A stretch of 36,344 bases of DNA from a virus (Duplodnaviria; Heunggongvirae; Uroviricota; Caudoviricetes): the IMG/VR virus record IMGVR_UViG_2541047905_000018; one strand, given 5' to 3'. The notes beneath the pieces were generated by a model. That model was not told the DNA's origin. It did no database searches and was given only the letters and a program-made list of their open reading frames with translations. Position numbers and translations under genes: made by a program. Below are positions 19,814 to 28,354 of this stretch, piece by piece (position 1 is the stretch's first letter; each line of letters begins with the position of its first letter).

Positions 19814-21571
19814 TCACAGAATTAACAGGTCCTCATCAGGATCAAGCGTGGACAGAAAGTCATTCACGCCCCCGCCATTTACCAGAAAGCGGCTCATGGC
19901 TGTAAAAAGCGCAACAGGGCCGTCGATTTTGGCTTCCGGCGTGGATTTATTCGGGAAGATGTTGTCGTTTTTGTCCGGTTTTACAGTAACGTTAGACATC
20001 ATCCAGTTCATGACCGGATGATTGCTGTGATGGAAACGCCCGGCATAAACCAGTGATTCCGTTTCCTTCATGGCCTCTGACAGATTGCGGACCGTCTGCG
20101 GAACCTCCACCAGCGGTATCCCTTCTTCAGCCAGTGCCAGGCTGAACTGCATTGCGCTCCACGGGTCAAATCCCAGTTCCCTGAGGTTTTCACCGCCAAT
20201 CCATTCCAGTAAGTCACTTTTTATCTGAGCATGATCGATAACATCACCATCCGTCAGGATGAGCTTATCCATCTCCGCCCACTTCCGGTAAAGTTCTGCC
20301 TGCTGCCGCGAGCATCGCTCCAGCCGTCCTTCCGGAAGCCAGAATTTAAAATCAGCATGAACATGTCCGTTATCGGTTCGCCAGAGTTTTGCCGCCGCAC
20401 AGATATCAATCTTATGAGCAAGGTCTACGCCGACCCACATGGGATATGTTTTCAGCTCATGTTGTGGAGCAATGTATTCGCACTTCTCCCACTTAATCAT
20501 ATCCATCCAGGCAGATTCGGCAGTGACCCACACATTCATGTGTTTGGTAAAAAAATTCACCCGCGCAGAGACCTGCTCCTTCGCTTTTTTCGCCAGACGA
20601 CGCAGATCATCCCAGCGTTTACAGATGCCCAGGCCAGGATTCGCTTTCTGCCAGACCGTTTCATCAAACGGATCATCTCCCTCATCAAGCGTGTAAATGA
20701 TCGCAAAGTAAGAGTCGTCTTTTACAGCGCCCTCCACGTCGCTGTTATAGCCTCGCAATACCTTGATGGCGTAATCACGCTGCTCGTAACAAATCCCTTC
20801 CTTGTTAAAGCCAGCCGTGGTGATACCAAATAACAGGGACTGCAGACGGGCACCGGTTGCCGTTTCCAGAACGTCCCACACGTCGCGGGTTTTATGTGCA
20901 TGCAGCTCATCAATAATGGCGCAGTGGATGTTCAGACCGTCCAGGTTGTTTGCATCCGAGGAAAGCGGTTCAAATTTTGATGCGCTCTGCTCCTGGTAAA
21001 TCGCCAGCTTGTTGAAATCAAACAACCGCCCGAGTGTCGACCGGGCTTTTCTGACCATATTTTTGGCGTCTTCAAACACGATTCTGGCCTGGTCACGCGT
21101 GGTTGCGGCTGAATACACCTCAGCTCCGCCTTCACTATCTGCCCCCGTCATATACAGGCCGATACCCGATGACAGTGTTGATTTTGCGTTTTTACGGGCG
21201 ACTTCGTTGTACGCCGTCCGGAACCGGCGCACCATCACCGGACGTCCGCTGCCATCGCTGCGCATGACAACTTCCCCGGTTTCTTCATTGACCAGCGGAA
21301 TGACAAAACCAAAAATATTAATGAGGATAAATACATGCCAGTCCATCAACTCAATGGGCTGGCCTGCCAGTGCCCCTTTTACATGAGGCACAAATTTGTA
21401 GAAATTCAGGATGTGCTGCGCACGGGGTTCACTGAAATAAATCCCCCGCTTTTCGCCGTACTTCAGATCATCAAGAAAACGCTGGCAGGCCAGGCGGACA
21501 AATTCGCCAGCAACAATTTCTCCTGCAACAACACGTTCGGCGTAGCGGATCCCGTCAGCCACTTTTGCCAT
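19814..21571 (-). CDS. Terminase large subunit
   Basis: 585 aa; ATPase and nuclease regions; follows small subunit with ATGA overlap. Confidence 0.9.
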   Translation of the reverse strand: MAKVADGIRYAERVVAGEIVAGEFVRLACQRFLDDLKYGEKRGIYFSEPRAQHILNFYKFVPHVKGALAGQPIELMDWHVFILINIFGFVIPLVNEETGEVVMRSDGSGRPVMVRRFRTAYNEVARKNAKSTLSSGIGLYMTGADSEGGAEVYSAATTRDQARIVFEDAKNMVRKARSTLGRLFDFNKLAIYQEQSASKFEPLSSDANNLDGLNIHCAIIDELHAHKTRDVWDVLETATGARLQSLLFGITTAGFNKEGICYEQRDYAIKVLRGYNSDVEGAVKDDSYFAIIYTLDEGDDPFDETVWQKANPGLGICKRWDDLRRLAKKAKEQVSARVNFFTKHMNVWVTAESAWMDMIKWEKCEYIAPQHELKTYPMWVGVDLAHKIDICAAAKLWRTDNGHVHADFKFWLPEGRLERCSRQQAELYRKWAEMDKLILTDGDVIDHAQIKSDLLEWIGGENLRELGFDPWSAMQFSLALAEEGIPLVEVPQTVRNLSEAMKETESLVYAGRFHHSNHPVMNWMMSNVTVKPDKNDNIFPNKSTPEAKIDGPVALFTAMSRFLVNGGGVNDFLSTLDPDEDLLIL

Positions 21572-22053
21572 CAGTCTCTCGCTTTTAAAAGCTCTGCCAG
21601 CGGATCAACATTATCCGGTCCGGCGGTATTTACTTTTGCCCGGCTTGCCGGTGACATACCAAATTCTGCAAGCATCGCCCGGATCCGCTTCCAGGCATCC
21701 GCTTTCATCGCAGCAGCTGGGTGTGCCTTAATCAGCACATCACCGTTCTGCGTTTCCGAGCGGTAGGTGTACCCCTCAACATCGAGTGTTTCGCAGTGAT
21801 GCCGGTATTCGGTATAGGCTTCCACCAGTAGCTCAAGCGCACGCGCATCAAGCTGAGAAATGATCCCTTCCGCATTCAGCTCTTCCGCCATTCGCCTGAA
21901 CCAGTACTTCCCCTGCGCCCCTAAATGTTGCGGAATTTTAGGGAGACCTTTTTCATCCTTTTTAGCGGTTTTTTTGAGGTCTTTAACTGGCCGCTTTGAG
22001 GGGTTGCCTCGTATCAAATGCAGGCGTGGCGGGGTTTTCGGGGGTCCAGACAT
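21571..22053 (-). CDS. Terminase small subunit (P27 family)
   Basis: 160 aa, basic N-terminus MSGPPKTPPRLHLIRGNPSKRP. Confidence 0.85.
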   Translation of the reverse strand: MSGPPKTPPRLHLIRGNPSKRPVKDLKKTAKKDEKGLPKIPQHLGAQGKYWFRRMAEELNAEGIISQLDARALELLVEAYTEYRHHCETLDVEGYTYRSETQNGDVLIKAHPAAAMKADAWKRIRAMLAEFGMSPASRAKVNTAGPDNVDPLAELLKARD

Positions 22054-22099
22054 AATCGGTTTTACCTATCAATCATTTAATCACATTCCAAAAAAAAGT

Positions 22100-22200
22100 T
22101 TTCGAACCTGCGGCGATGCGAGGAAAGGTCAGGCGGCGGTACTGAGCAGCCTGGGTTGCAGAGATTTGATCCCCCCCCTCCCCCTTGAAGATGGCGGCAA
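22100..22200. other. Candidate cos/packaging-site region upstream of terminase small subunit
   Basis: Non-coding GC-rich stretch with AGGTCAGGCGGCGG and a CCCCCCCCTCCCCC run, between the HNH/cassette and TerS; exact cos ends not identifiable. Confidence 0.25.
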
Positions 22201-22282
22201 AAAGCAGATACTGGCCACCCATCAGGATGCTCAGCATGGTGTATTCAGTTAATCTCAATAAATAAAAGATGGAGTCTAAGAA

Positions 22283-22798
22283 ATGGATAAAACCAGAAAA
22301 TATGACAGAGCCTTACAACTTGAAATCCTCAATGCCCTTATAGATTGCGCGCCTAACTCTTTAAACAAGGCACAGGAGCGAGACCTCATTGAGAAGTTTG
22401 ACAGTTACGATCACTTTGTGGCGTGCATGTTATACCTTGAAATGCATGGTCTCGTTTCCACCCCCTTCATACGCAGTGACACCATGGCTGGCGTTGAGTT
22501 TATCTTCTGTGCCCCTAACTGCTACATTACAGAAAAAGGAATTGATTTTCTTCTCGATGATGGCGGCTTAAGTGCGATCCTTAAAGTTCAGACCTTTCGG
22601 TTACACAGTGACACGATTGTTGCCCTTGAGGATATAATCCGTGTCGCAAATATATCTGAAGATCAGAAGAAGGGATTGATTTCAAAACTCCGAGAGCTTC
22701 CGGGAGACGCCATAAAACATTTGACCCTACAGTTACTGACTCAGGGGGTTCTGAATCTGCCGAACGCACTTCGACTAATTCAAACAACCCTCCAGTAG
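22283..22798 (+). CDS. Hypothetical protein A1 (171 aa), partner of B1; paralogue of A2 at 33611..34114
   Basis: GGAG SD 8 nt upstream; conserved with A2 (MDK..., ITEKGIDFLLDDGGL, LRELPGDAIKHLT). Confidence 0.7.
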   Translation: MDKTRKYDRALQLEILNALIDCAPNSLNKAQERDLIEKFDSYDHFVACMLYLEMHGLVSTPFIRSDTMAGVEFIFCAPNCYITEKGIDFLLDDGGLSAILKVQTFRLHSDTIVALEDIIRVANISEDQKKGLISKLRELPGDAIKHLTLQLLTQGVLNLPNALRLIQTTLQ

Positions 22799-22937
22799 GG
22801 CTAAACTCATCTGAGGGGCGAATTAACTCAAATTTGCCCCATCCCAGTTTTTCACTTAAAACAACCCAAAATCCCTCCCGGGTATCTGCATGAATATAGA
22901 AACTATTTTTATGCATTACAGCAGTGAATATTATCAT
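22581..22937 (-). CDS. Hypothetical protein B1 (about 118 aa), partner of A1; paralogue of B2 at 33478..33771
   Basis: Start MIIFTAVMHKN at 22937 overlaps the HNH stop (ATGA); the N-terminal 46 codons lie outside A1 and are conserved with B2. Confidence 0.65.
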   Translation of the reverse strand: MIIFTAVMHKNSFYIHADTREGFWVVLSEKLGWGKFELIRPSDEFSPTGGLFELVEVRSADSEPPESVTVGSNVLWRLPEALGVLKSIPSSDLQIYLRHGLYPQGQQSCHCVTERSEL

Positions 22938-23284
22938 CGAATACGTTCCCTTGCTGTCTTCTCTCTGTGGCATTCCCTGCATAACGACTCAAGATTGGAG
23001 TCATCATCGGTGCCGCCATGAGCTTTTGGAATCATGTGGTCTACAGTCCTGGCCTCAACGGCTCGTCCATTGCGCAGACAGTTCTTACACAGATGGTTAT
23101 CACGCTTCAGTATACGCGCACGTATAACATCCCATTTCGAGCCATAGCCACGCTGGTGGCGACTCAGTCCGCGTTGATGCTGTACCCATCCTTCACCACG
23201 ATGTTTATCGCAGTAACCAGAACTGTCTGTGGTTGTACCTGCGCATCCACGCTTACGGCAGGCACGTGGGATTCGTGATGGCAT
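22934..23284 (-). CDS. HNH endonuclease (terminase-associated)
   Basis: 116 aa with Cys-rich N-terminus and DHMIPKAHGGTDDDSNLESLCRECHREK HNH motif. Confidence 0.85.
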   Translation of the reverse strand: MPSRIPRACRKRGCAGTTTDSSGYCDKHRGEGWVQHQRGLSRHQRGYGSKWDVIRARILKRDNHLCKNCLRNGRAVEARTVDHMIPKAHGGTDDDSNLESLCRECHREKTARERIR

Positions 23285-23326
23285 AAATACCTCATACCCT
23301 GCGAAATGTTTACCACGATAAAAAGG

Positions 23327-23806
23327 CTACTTAATGCACTGAGTGCGGATATACTCCTGTGCCCCTTCCAGTTGCATCTGCATCGTCATCAGCCGCTCTC
23401 TGAGGGTGAAATAATCCCGTTCAGCGGTGTCTGCCAGTCGGGGGCTGGTTGCATTATCCACGCCGGAGGCGGTGGTGGCTTCACGCACTGACTGACAGAC
23501 TGCTTTGATGTGCAACCGACGACGACCAGCGGCAACGTCAGCGCGAAGAGTTTCATTTTCAGCCTTCGCATCAGCTAACTCCTTCAGGTATTTTGCATCG
23601 AGTGCAGCAACATCACGCTGGCGTATCTGCATGTCAGTAATGATTGCGGTCGCCTGGTTGAGTTTTTCCATCACATTATCGCGTTGCGCTTTGTAGGTAA
23701 TGGCATTATCACGGTAATGATTGACCGCCCACGACAGGCAGACGATGATGCAGATAACCAGAGCATAAATAATCGCGGCGACTCTGCTCACTGATCTATC
23801 CCCCAA
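23327..23806 (-). CDS. Rz: i-spanin Rz
   Basis: 159 aa, lambda Rz-like as recalled, N-terminal TM segment. Confidence 0.9.
   Translation of the reverse strand: MGDRSVSRVAAIIYALVICIIVCLSWAVNHYRDNAITYKAQRDNVMEKLNQATAIITDMQIRQRDVAALDAKYLKELADAKAENETLRADVAAGRRRLHIKAVCQSVREATTASGVDNATSPRLADTAERDYFTLRERLMTMQMQLEGAQEYIRTQCIK
23389..23571 (-). CDS. Rz1: o-spanin Rz1 (lipoprotein embedded in Rz in +1 frame)
   Basis: 60 aa with lipobox LVVVGC and proline-rich tract, near-identical to lambda Rz1 as recalled. Confidence 0.88.
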   Translation of the reverse strand: MRRLKMKLFALTLPLVVVGCTSKQSVSQCVKPPPPPAWIMQPAPDWQTPLNGIISPSESG

Positions 23807-24321
23807 CAGGCTAATGCGCTTTCCTGGTCACGACGAATAACCTGTCCATAGCAGTTATTTGAACGAATACGGCAGTCTCTGCCACCGTCCTTAATCCACC
23901 AGCGAATCGCCTCGCATGCGCCCTTACGATCACCGGCATTCAGCCGCTTATAAAACGTCGACGGAAAACACTTACCGGGGCCAATGTTATAGGGACAGAA
24001 TGACGCGATACCCGCTTTTTGTGGTTCGGTCATTGGTACTTTAATATTGCGCTCTACCCATGCCAGCGCCTTATCACGTTCAATAGCGTTAACCTGGTCG
24101 CATTTTTCCTTCGACAGTTTCATACCGGGAAAAACGGGTTTTCCATCCACCATCGTGGCACCCCGACAGATGGTCCAGATGCCGGAACCATCGCGGTATG
24201 CCGTTGTGTGGTTACCTTCTTTTTCATCCAGAAACTGGTCGAGAATGTCAGGCGCAGGCGCACCTGCGGCAATCAGCGCCAGAACGGCAGCCGACAGGCC
24301 GTATCTGATTTTTGCGTTCAT
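23788..24321 (-). CDS. Endolysin, GH24 lysozyme with N-terminal SAR-like signal-anchor
   Basis: 177 aa; weakly hydrophobic Ala/Gly-rich N-terminus; E-x8-D-x5-T catalytic spacing ([16 protein letters not shown]). Confidence 0.85.
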   Translation of the reverse strand: MNAKIRYGLSAAVLALIAAGAPAPDILDQFLDEKEGNHTTAYRDGSGIWTICRGATMVDGKPVFPGMKLSKEKCDQVNAIERDKALAWVERNIKVPMTEPQKAGIASFCPYNIGPGKCFPSTFYKRLNAGDRKGACEAIRWWIKDGGRDCRIRSNNCYGQVIRRDQESALACWGIDQ

Positions 24322-24371
24322 GGATATTTATCAGGATTTATCGGTTCCGAATACCTGGATATGTTAAGTCT

Positions 24372-24716
24372 TCAGCCCAGCGGTGGAGTCTTCAGAGAAC
24401 CAGTAATTCTTCCCGGTAGCTTTCCTTTGTAGGTTATCCACACATTCTGCGCCTCTAAAATTACGGGGCGCTTTTCCGGCGACTGCTCACCCCCTTCACA
24501 TAACCCGGCAGCAACATCCAGGAAGACCTGTCTGATGCTCCTTCTGGCTGCTGCCTCATAAAACTCCAGCGCGGCACCTTCAACACGGTCCAGCGAGATG
24601 TCCAGGTCAAAAATTTCACCGTCAAAGCGTTTTTTGTCCCGTAACGCTAAAGTTACCGTAACTTTATTCTCAAAATTGCGGATCCCTTTCACAATCAGTT
24701 CATAGTTTTGAGTCAT
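24372..24716 (-). CDS. Hypothetical protein (114 aa) inserted between pinholin and endolysin genes
   Basis: ATG 4 nt after the holin stop with good SD; no family recognised. Confidence 0.6.
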   Translation of the reverse strand: MTQNYELIVKGIRNFENKVTVTLALRDKKRFDGEIFDLDISLDRVEGAALEFYEAAARRSIRQVFLDVAAGLCEGGEQSPEKRPVILEAQNVWITYKGKLPGRITGSLKTPPLG

Positions 24717-24720
24717 TGAA

Positions 24721-24936
24721 TTACTCTCCCCGTGCAGCCTTACGCTTGTCTTCTCTGATTTTGAAGTACAGATTTGTCAGATAAGTCAGGAAGCCCAGAA
24801 CCAGACTCCCCAGTACACCAATCGCAGCCCACTGTGACGGACTGACCTGATCAAGCCACTGTAAAAACCAGTAGCCAGCACTGCCTGCGGAGGTGCCGTA
24901 GGCAATGCCCGTTGAAATTTTGTCCATGGATTTCAT
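24721..24936 (-). CDS. Pinholin (phage 21 S-like class II holin) with dual-start motif MKSM
   Basis: 71 aa, near-identical to phage 21 S as recalled; GGAGGTGA SD; two Met codons three codons apart. Confidence 0.88.
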   Translation of the reverse strand: MKSMDKISTGIAYGTSAGSAGYWFLQWLDQVSPSQWAAIGVLGSLVLGFLTYLTNLYFKIREDKRKAARGE

Positions 24937-25073
24937 AGCCTCACCTCCGCAGCGAACGGATGGCGTAGTTATAAGGGGAGCGAAAAAGAAAGAATGCGCG
25001 ATTGCGCAATATGGTAACGTCAGGGTATTATCCACTGGCTGAATAGATCACTTCACGTTTTTTGTTCCTTGCC

Positions 25074-25101
25074 GCCCGTATCCATATGCGGGCTTTTTTT
25101 T
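25074..25101 (+). terminator. Rho-independent terminator on plus strand
   Basis: GCCCGTAT-ccat-ATGCGGGC followed by T8. Confidence 0.55.
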
Positions 25102-25107
25102 GCATGT

Positions 25108-25137
25108 AAAAAGGCCCCAACACATGTGCGTGGGGCC
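25108..25137 (-). terminator. Rho-independent terminator on minus strand, downstream of the tRNA cluster
   Basis: GGCCCCA-11 nt-TGGGGCC followed by U5 on the minus strand. Confidence 0.5.
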
Positions 25138-25377
25138 TGAGAGTATACATGGTTTCAGTCAACTGCATGGTGCCGGGTGCCTCCCGGTGAATTCAGTACC
25201 AGCACCTGAATCCGCGATTATCCCATATACCTACTCGCTGATTGCCCATCCGCACAGGGGGATTCACCATGCCAGTTTCTTTTAACAAACTCCCCGCAAA
25301 ACAGACAACTGTCAACCGTCTGAATTGTGAGACATTTAAAAAAAAGGCCCGCAAAAGCGAGCCGGGAAAAATAAGTC

Positions 25378-25454
25378 TGGCGCGTTGTACTGGATTCGAA
25401 CCAGTGACCGATTGCTTAGAAGGCAATTGCTCTGTCCGGTTGAGCTAACAACGC
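25378..25454 (-). tRNA. tRNA-Arg (anticodon UCU)
   Basis: Hand-folded cloverleaf: acceptor GCGTTGT/ACAACGC, anticodon loop CUUCUAA, T-loop TTCGAAT, encoded CCA. Confidence 0.8.
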
Positions 25455-25467
25455 AGGGTACAGATAA

Positions 25468-25544
25468 TGGACCGCCATCGAGGACTCGAACCCCGCGCAA
25501 CCAGCTTCGAAGGCTGGTGCTCTATCCTGATGAGCTAATGGCGG
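25468..25544 (-). tRNA. tRNA-Arg (anticodon UCG)
   Basis: Hand-folded cloverleaf: anticodon loop CUUCGAA, T-loop TTCGAGT, encoded CCA; acceptor starts with C1-G72. Confidence 0.75.
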
Positions 25545-25551
25545 TATGTGA

Positions 25552-25627
25552 TGGTGGCCCTTGCTGGATTTGAACCAGCGACCTGGCGATTATGAGTCGC
25601 TCGCTCTCACCACTGAGCTAAAGGGCC
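25552..25627 (-). tRNA. tRNA with CAU anticodon (Met, or Ile2 if lysidine-modified)
   Basis: Hand-folded cloverleaf: acceptor GGCCCTT/AAGGGCC, anticodon loop CUCAUAA, T-loop TTCAAAT, encoded CCA. Confidence 0.8.
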
Positions 25628-25667
25628 GGGAGCCGCATAATAACGACGCGTAATTAATTCTTCAATA

Positions 25668-25946
25668 TCATCCGTTCTGGCTGACTAAATCCTGTACTTC
25701 CCGAACCGTCTGCTCAAAACGTTCAGTCTCCAGCTCAACGCCAATTGCACGACGCCCGAGCGCCAGTGCCGCTTTCACTGTCGAACCCGACCCCATGAAA
25801 AAATCTGCAATCAGGTCACCCGGACGACTGCTAGCGCTGATTATCTGCTGCAGCATTTCTGCCGGTTTTTCGCACGGATGTTTCCCGGGATAGAACTGCA
25901 CCGGTTTATGCGTCCAGACATCGGTATACGGCACCTGCGCCGTCAC
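25668..25946 (-). pseudogene. 3' remnant of an N6/N4 DNA methyltransferase gene (C-terminal ~90 aa only)
   Basis: Translation ...GKHPCEKPAEMLQQIISASSRPGDLIADFFMGSGSTVKAALALGRRAIGVE carries the HPxxKP and FxGSGxT motifs; the N-terminal catalytic region is absent and the frame opens inside the upstream terminator. Confidence 0.6.
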
Positions 25947-26004
25947 GCCAAAATACCGCCGCAGTCGGCATTCACAACCACCAGCGCATTTAACGTTCAG
26001 CCAT

Positions 26005-26027
26005 AAAAAAACCCGCTCGCGGCGGGT
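26005..26027 (-). terminator. Rho-independent terminator about 70 nt downstream of Q (candidate tR')
   Basis: ACCCGC-cgcga-GCGGGU followed by U7 on the minus strand. Confidence 0.6.
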
Positions 26028-26097
26028 TTAAGCTGTGTGGCGAAGTAACCACTCTTAACATACTGACATACTTTTTGCGGACCGCACTAATCATTTT

Positions 26098-26478
26098 TTA
26101 CTTTTTTAGCAGCCAGTCGTCCATCTCCAGTCTTACCCCCAGCACAGACAAACATCCGTCAATAAACCCTTCGGCTATCTGCATCTCAATTCGTATTGCT
26201 TTTTCGCTTTTCTTTCTCGTCCTGGCTATCTGTCTTTTTGATATTCGCAACAAATAATGAGCAATGAGAAGCGAATACTCCTCAGGTTTTTTCTGCTTCA
26301 GACGAGCAAGACAGTTTTCAATGATAAGTCCGTCATCATCGCAGCAGGCCGGACGTGGTTTAGTGGCAGATGGTAAAAGTCCTTTGAATCCGGCAGCGAT
26401 CGGAGAATAGTCCACCCCGGTGTTACCACTTGCAGCCCATGCCCCCCAGCGTTCAAGAACCATCTGAATATCACGCAT
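26098..26478 (-). CDS. Late-gene antiterminator Q (QuuD/phage 82 type)
   Basis: Start MRDIQMVLERWGAWAA resembles E. coli QuuD as recalled; Cys cluster PACCDDDGLIIENC. Confidence 0.8.
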   Translation of the reverse strand: MRDIQMVLERWGAWAASGNTGVDYSPIAAGFKGLLPSATKPRPACCDDDGLIIENCLARLKQKKPEEYSLLIAHYLLRISKRQIARTRKKSEKAIRIEMQIAEGFIDGCLSVLGVRLEMDDWLLKK

Positions 26479-26495
26479 CAACTTTCTCCACAAAA

Positions 26496-27491
26496 TCAGG
26501 CCAGCACGCCAATTGCCAGCGCACGATCGATAAAACGAAATATCAGCTCCAGCTGGGAGCCATACTTCTCTTCAAATGCCACGGTATCCGCATGCAGCTC
26601 GTCGTGATGCTTTCTGCACAAAGGCAACACAAAGAGGTCATGCGCTTTTGTACCCATTCCCCCCTGACCGTGGCCTATCAGGTGGTGGGGATCATCAGCT
26701 GGCTTTCCACAACATGCACACGGCTGTGTCTTAACCCAGCGCGTGTACTTTTCATTAACCCAGCGGCGACGTTTTGGGCGTAACATAAAAGACTCCGGCG
26801 ACTCCGGATCCACTTTCAGCGCCAGCACCTTTTTCGCTTTATCCTGGATAATGCTGGTGGCAGGAACCGAAGGAACAAGGTCACTCTCCCGGGTGACAGA
26901 CGGCACAACAGGCTTCGGTAATCTCAGTGCCTTACGGGCTGCACTTTCCGGTAAGGCATCCGCCAGGTCATTACGAATCAGCCACCAGCACAGTTCCGGC
27001 ATTGTCACAACGTGACTGTCATCAAAACCGAGATCACGGCGCACAACAGATAACACCCAGCGGGCACAGTTATCCGTTGCCATTGATTCCAGCCGTTCCG
27101 TGAACTGATCGCGCAACTGGTTATCGCAGTGCCAGCACAGACGGATTGCGCCCGGAGCGTGCCGCATTGTGGTCATGTTCTCGCTGTGCCAGTCGGAATG
27201 AGGCCACTGGCAGCCTTTTTCACGAAGTAACCAGCTTTCAAGACATTCCACGCCACCAGCACGACGGATCACTGCCTCATTGCGGAACACGGCCCGAACG
27301 GCAGGATCATCCGCCAGCGGTTGTGATGCCGCCGGAACGGCACCACTGGCGAAAGATGAATAACGCTCCGGCTCAGGCTCCAGCAGGACACGCCCCTGCA
27401 TAAACAGGGGCATCAGCTCTGAACCTGGCCTGAACAATACGATCCCCATACGCGGGGCAATTTCAGGGGTCAGTAGTGCTCTCACAGTCAC
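26496..27491 (-). CDS. DUF968-like nin-region protein with C-terminal HNH-like Cys/His motif
   Basis: 331 aa; C-terminus CACCGKPADDPHHLIGHGQGGMGTKAHDLFVLPLCRKHHDELH. Confidence 0.55.
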   Translation of the reverse strand: MTVRALLTPEIAPRMGIVLFRPGSELMPLFMQGRVLLEPEPERYSSFASGAVPAASQPLADDPAVRAVFRNEAVIRRAGGVECLESWLLREKGCQWPHSDWHSENMTTMRHAPGAIRLCWHCDNQLRDQFTERLESMATDNCARWVLSVVRRDLGFDDSHVVTMPELCWWLIRNDLADALPESAARKALRLPKPVVPSVTRESDLVPSVPATSIIQDKAKKVLALKVDPESPESFMLRPKRRRWVNEKYTRWVKTQPCACCGKPADDPHHLIGHGQGGMGTKAHDLFVLPLCRKHHDELHADTVAFEEKYGSQLELIFRFIDRALAIGVLA

Positions 27492-27492
27492 C

Positions 27493-28335
27493 TCAATGAA
27501 CGGTATCGAGCAGCTTTAACAGCTCAGGAAATCGGGATTCGAAGAAATGCGGCTGCGTCTCGCGCGGATTTGCAGGACTGGTGATGTTCTTGCCGAACAT
27601 GCAGCCTTTCGCCGTCAGCGACCAGAATTTTTTGATGTTGTTAATCGCGGTACGGCTGTATCGTTCGCGTTGTTCAACGATCCCCAGCTTCACCATCTGG
27701 TGATATGCCTGATTAGCCGTCAGGCGGATACCATACTGTTTCAGCAGTGCACTCAGCGACAGCGTGGGGCGACTTGAGCCATCAGGCGCGTCAGCAGGAG
27801 CATCAATGGCATAGCGCGGTGCCAGATTCGGTAAGCCAACAGCCTCCTGAAGCTTCTGACAGGCTCCAAGCACTGATGAGTTAGACAGGTTTAATTCCCG
27901 GCGCATAAAGTCCAGCAGGATCACGCCAGCCTGCATCTTGTCAGCAGCCTGCCCGGATAATTTTTCCGGTGTGCTGGTTACCATATCGAAAGTACGGATC
28001 ACCTTCAGATGGAATGACGGGCTGATCCACATTGCATAGGCATACACCAGTTCATTGCAGACATACGTTCCTCCATTCCGCCCTTCTATTTTACTTACTG
28101 GTTTACTACCCAAATTTTGGGTAGTTTCATTGAATGAACCGACACCCAAATTTTGGGTATCGATCAATTCCTGAACCAGCTCAGTAATCTGTTGGCTGGA
28201 AAGAAACTTTCCCGGCTCCTTAGTTCTGGCATTTGCACCAGATGCAACAGCAGCCCGATGCAGATCGTTCAGGCTGTAACGCCCATAAGCATCACGACGA
28301 ACTTCAATACCATCAATGACCATCAGATTATTCAT
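27493..28335 (-). CDS. KilA-N domain protein
   Basis: Start MNNLMVIDGIEVRRDAYGRYSLNDLH with GAGGAG SD; N-terminal KilA-N-like pattern; C-terminal domain unassigned. Confidence 0.6.
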   Translation of the reverse strand: MNNLMVIDGIEVRRDAYGRYSLNDLHRAAVASGANARTKEPGKFLSSQQITELVQELIDTQNLGVGSFNETTQNLGSKPVSKIEGRNGGTYVCNELVYAYAMWISPSFHLKVIRTFDMVTSTPEKLSGQAADKMQAGVILLDFMRRELNLSNSSVLGACQKLQEAVGLPNLAPRYAIDAPADAPDGSSRPTLSLSALLKQYGIRLTANQAYHQMVKLGIVEQRERYSRTAINNIKKFWSLTAKGCMFGKNITSPANPRETQPHFFESRFPELLKLLDTVH

Positions 28336-28354
28336 ACTTCGTTTCTCCTCTTGA

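Noticed and set aside
20231-20833. 200-aa plus-strand ORF
   Set aside because: Antisense to the terminase large subunit gene; artefact.
22073-22258. 61-aa minus-strand ORF in the terminase-upstream intergenic region
   Set aside because: Overlaps the candidate cos region and the A1 promoter/SD, no SD of its own; probably not coding.
24937-26097. Shiga toxin (stxAB) or other toxin cargo between Q and the holin gene
   Set aside because: The interval holds only three tRNAs, a 92-codon methyltransferase remnant and terminators; no AB5 toxin-sized ORFs with signal peptides are present.
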